From: Eledone cirrhosa
Taxonomy: Eukaryota
Reading direction: 5' to 3'
Assembly (NCBI GenBank): GCA_964016885.1
Contig: OZ024752.1
Coordinates: 36,208,001-36,272,000 of the forward strand
Length of the DNA stretch: 64,000 nucleotides
In this document: positions 61,501 through 64,000 of the stretch, piece by piece
Layout: each line of letters opens with the position of its first letter
Position numbering within the stretch: the stretch's first letter is position 1
Program-made: the position numbers and the translations under genes
Notes under the pieces: model-generated
The model's database searches: none
What the model saw: only the letters and a program-made list of their open reading frames with translations
What the model was told of the DNA's origin: nothing

Positions 61501-62739
61501 TTCTTATCAAACTTAAAGTATATTACAGTAAATTTCTTCTTGTCGTCATTCTTCAAACTCTTAGATAATATACATGAGAGGATAGGGACCATATATTTTC
61601 AATTAAATTATAACAGCACAATAAAAATGCGCTATAAATATTTGGTATAATGTGTTAATTAAATGACCGACACTAGTGTACACAACAGGATACTCAATAA
61701 AGTAAGCAAGTGGGTCTACATACTCAGGAGTATAATTAGCTGTCTGATGAAGTCATAACTGTTGCATAACAGTTATCGTTGAAATATGTATAACAGCAAT
61801 TATGTAGCAAATAAATGAAGTAAATTCTAACCTGTTGACTTATACTTCATTATTATTATATATACATATATATACATATATATATAATGTGTGTTGAGAG
61901 AGATTGAAAAACAACTTACTGATTGAAAAACTACAAAACCATTAAAATGGCAGCGTTTTCAAAAATATAAACTTTTCCAAGCTCCATCAATCATAATTTT
62001 TTTCTTATAACTTAGAAGAGGAGACAGCACCCATTGTCTTTTGTTTATTTTTTTTCAGGGCATCCAAGACTGGTGGGAGGGAAGACAGCACCCATGGTCT
62101 TTTTATTTTTTTTCAGGGCATCCAAGACTGGGAAGAATGTATCCTCAAACTGGAAACCTGGCCTAATTGCTTGCAACAGAGTGGGTTCTGCCTGTTAAAA
62201 GCATCCATGGGCCAGGTGTTAGTATTAAACCGGGTGACAGATTAGGTCTACCACCCAAGTAGGTCATGGCAAGACGGAATTTGAATTCAGAATGCAAAGA
62301 GCTGGAACAAATACTGTAAGGCATTCCGTTCAACACTCTTTAACAATTCCGCCAGTCCACCGTCCTAGACTGGTACTTTATTTCATCGACCTCGGAGAAG
62401 GATGAAAGGCAAAGCTGACCTCAGTAGGATATGAAGTCAGAATGCAAGATACTGGAATAAATACCGCAAGGCATTTTGTCCAACTCTAACGATTCTGCCA
62501 ATCTGCCACCTAAATAATAATAATAATAATAAAAAAAGAGGAATAAATACAGTTCAACTAACAGATCAAACCTTTAGGAGCCTGCGAGGTAAACTCTGAA
62601 TCAAAATAAAATGCCTCATCAGCACGTACAACAGCTGGTTTGAAAGGTGGGTAAACCTCTCGCCGTAACAATTTATCCCAGTCAATAGATGCGAAAAAAG
62701 GATGCTTCTTTATACCATCAATGCCTTTTGTTCCATAGC
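46437..62739 (-). CDS. RPS6KA: p90 ribosomal S6 kinase (RSK, RPS6KA1/2/3-type), 3' part: end of NTKD, linker, CTKD; 5' exons lie beyond the window
   Basis: Exons 62572-62739, 61242-61375, 58723-58773, 56886-56960, 54056-54145, 53342-53500, 51960-52121, 51120-51196, 49087-49204, 48443-48583, 46437-46562, all in phase. Motifs: DSPGIP, hydrophobic motif [54 protein letters not shown] dock LAQRR, PDZ tail STAV*. Confidence 0.96.
46760..47717 (+). mobile_element. RTE LINE 3' fragment with SINE-like 3' body and (TGA)n tail
   Basis: VDSFCYLGD..., [26 protein letters not shown], then the SINE block (GGTTGGTGTTAGGAAGGGCATCCAGCTGTAGAAA) and tail. Confidence 0.9.
48443..48583 (-). CDS. RPS6KA: RSK exon ([17 protein letters not shown]...DASLVK)
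   Basis: AG/GT flanks. Confidence 0.94.
49087..49204 (-). CDS. RPS6KA: RSK exon ([12 protein letters not shown]...VSDAAK)
   Basis: AG/GT flanks. Confidence 0.94.
49693..49776. mobile_element. Tiny Tc1-like palindromic MITE
   Basis: ACAGTGAGTCCCAAAAGAATGTATACAC...GTGTATACATTTTGGGGGGACACCCTGT. Confidence 0.6.
50027..50195. repeat. 48-bp tandem repeat, ~3.5 copies
   Basis: GCTGGTGCAATGATAAAATACACCTAGTCAACTGTGTAAAGTGGTAAT. Confidence 0.85.
50341..50680 (-). mobile_element. SINE family A copy
   Basis: Near-identical to the other copies; flanked by (TA)n. Confidence 0.88.
50840..51085 (-). mobile_element. Degenerate RTE LINE 3' fragment
   Basis: Reverse strand resembles [18 protein letters not shown]...[17 protein letters not shown]. 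Confidence 0.6.
51120..51196 (-). CDS. RPS6KA: RSK exon ([26 protein letters not shown])
   Basis: AG/GT flanks. Confidence 0.94.
51960..52121 (-). CDS. RPS6KA: RSK exon ([10 protein letters not shown]...DFG...APE)
   Basis: Catalytic and activation loops. Confidence 0.96.
52285..52966. repeat. Minisatellite, 40-bp unit, ~17 copies (RSK intron)
   Basis: CCATGTGGTTGGTATTAGGAAGGGCATATAGCTATAGTAA. Confidence 0.97.
53342..53500 (-). CDS. RPS6KA: RSK exon (VFVNG...[17 protein letters not shown]...YLHLNG)
   Basis: AG/GT flanks. Confidence 0.93.
54056..54145 (-). CDS. RPS6KA: RSK exon ([30 protein letters not shown])
   Basis: AG/GT flanks. Confidence 0.93.
54563..56034 (+). mobile_element. 5'-truncated RTE-clade LINE (RT, PHD-like Cys/His finger, C-terminal domain) in an RSK intron, antisense to the gene
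   Basis: YKGKGD..NYRGIKL, QFGF.PG.STTDA, AFVDLE (frameshifting deletion), [32 protein letters not shown]; (TGA)n tail. Confidence 0.95.
56044..56645 (-). mobile_element. Tandem SINE family A copies (headless 56044-56300 plus full 56300-56645)
   Basis: Direct duplication of the SINE body, joined at CATCA microhomology. Confidence 0.88.
56886..56960 (-). CDS. RPS6KA: RSK exon ([25 protein letters not shown])
   Basis: Gly-rich loop, AVK. Confidence 0.93.
58723..58773 (-). CDS. RPS6KA: RSK 51-nt exon ([17 protein letters not shown])
   Basis: AG/GT flanks, phase 0-0; matches the F.D.YE.K start of the CTKD. Confidence 0.85.
59759..60150 (+). mobile_element. Second, shorter copy of the RTE-SINE chimeric 3' end
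   Basis: Near-identical to 47259-47705, including the junction. Confidence 0.88.
61242..61375 (-). CDS. RPS6KA: RSK exon ([22 protein letters not shown]...LLK)
   Basis: AG/GT flanks; turn and hydrophobic motifs. Confidence 0.93.
61734..61801 (+). ncRNA. Minimal type I hammerhead ribozyme motif
   Basis: AATTaGCTGT-CTGATGA-agtcATAACTGTT(gcat)AACAGTTATcgtt-GAAA-TATGTA-TA-ACAGCAATT. Confidence 0.75.
62572..62739 (-). CDS. RPS6KA: RSK exon (GYGTKG...HPFF..IDWDKL...PPFKP...[11 protein letters not shown])
   Basis: AG/GT flanks; AGC C-terminal extension. Confidence 0.93.
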
Positions 62740-63282
62740 CTGAGAAAGAATTAGAAGATTATTCTGGTGTTAAGCATGCATGTTAGTTAAATAAAACAGA
62801 ACTAGCTTAGTTACGTCAAGCAAACTATCCCATGGAGCAAACATGGCAATAGGGAGCAGCAGTTTGTTTCAATTCTGGAGGTCCCTGGCAACCCAGTACA
62901 GAATTTGGGCCCACTGAGGCAATTGATGTTTCAGCTTTCGTTGAGTACCACTGAGTCTTTTTTACAGACTTTATGGTGCAGATGACATTAATATAAAACT
63001 TCACAACAACTCACACATACACTACATTAGATATTAGATATGGCATGCTTTAGTCTCATGAAATATTGTATTAGACACTATATACAGACAGCTAGACTAT
63101 ATTGCGATCAGTTTACTGTTCATCATCATCATCGTAATTTTTACGTCCGTTTTTCCATGTTTGCATGGGTTGAACAGGTCCTTTTCAATACAGCATCTCT
63201 CCACCTGCCATGATCCTTTGTCATCTGCACTGTGAGTTTTAGCAATTTGATCAATTTATTTTGATATATCTGGATGTTTTTA

Positions 63283-63415
<133 letters not shown>

Positions 63416-64000
63416 AGGGACTTTGTTGGTGGGTGATACTTTTAATTCCTTTGAATTTATATATATCTTTATAATGTCTGTGGCTCTCTTCCCTATTTAG
63501 GAGGGTTATAACTCTGAATATAAACTGACTCAGATCCTAACAACCCATGCTAACCTGGAAAGCAAATGTATGATGATGATGATGATGATGATGTCAATAA
63601 TTAATGCTATAACATCAACTGTTTGGCTTATTGCTCCCTTTGTTAAACTAAAAGTCTACTTGTATATTCGATTTTGATTATCAATTGTTCGTTTTGTTCT
63701 GCAGTTCTTTTTCTTTTACGAGAACCTTTGTTAAGTTATGTTCCAGACACCAGCTTAATAATGATTTTCAAATTTTGGGGGGAGGGGAAAGTCGATCAAA
63801 TTGAGCCCGTAAGGATGAAAGGCAAAGCTAACCTCAGCAGGATTTCAACCCAGAACGTAAAGGGGCATAACTCTATGCTGCAAAGCATGCTGTCTGACGC
63901 TCTAACAATTCTGCCAATCCACCACCCTCACCAGCTTAAACTCTTAAATATTTTCGAAATTACTTGAAAATCATTGGCAATGTCTTTTTCATTAGATATA

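Overview
AT-rich, intron-rich animal genomic DNA. The SINE/RTE repertoire and heavy (TA)n/(TGA)n microsatellite load suggest a coleoid cephalopod, probably Octopus (inference). I reconstructed three spliced genes by hand from GT-AG sites with consistent exon phases. (1) STK40 pseudokinase on the minus strand: 8 coding exons, 18353->7528, 449 aa. (2) MRPL19 on the plus strand, head-to-head with STK40: 6 exons, 22084->29680, about 290 aa. (3) The 3' part of a p90 RSK (RPS6KA) on the minus strand: 11 exons, 62739->46437, with the N-terminal part beyond the window. Most of the supplied ORF track is repeat-derived noise. Non-coding DNA contains tRNA-derived SINEs, RTE and CR1 LINE fragments, piggyBac-, mariner- and hAT-like MITEs, a non-autonomous Helitron, and six tandem arrays. 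The least obvious signals are: three minimal type I hammerhead ribozyme motifs plus a decayed Penelope-like GIY-YIG endonuclease; a SINE/LINE shared-tail system with an RTE-SINE chimera present twice; SINE-derived satellites, one a B-box array with higher-order structure; and an interleaved four-arm inverted repeat between the divergent genes. There is no prokaryotic system or CRISPR array.
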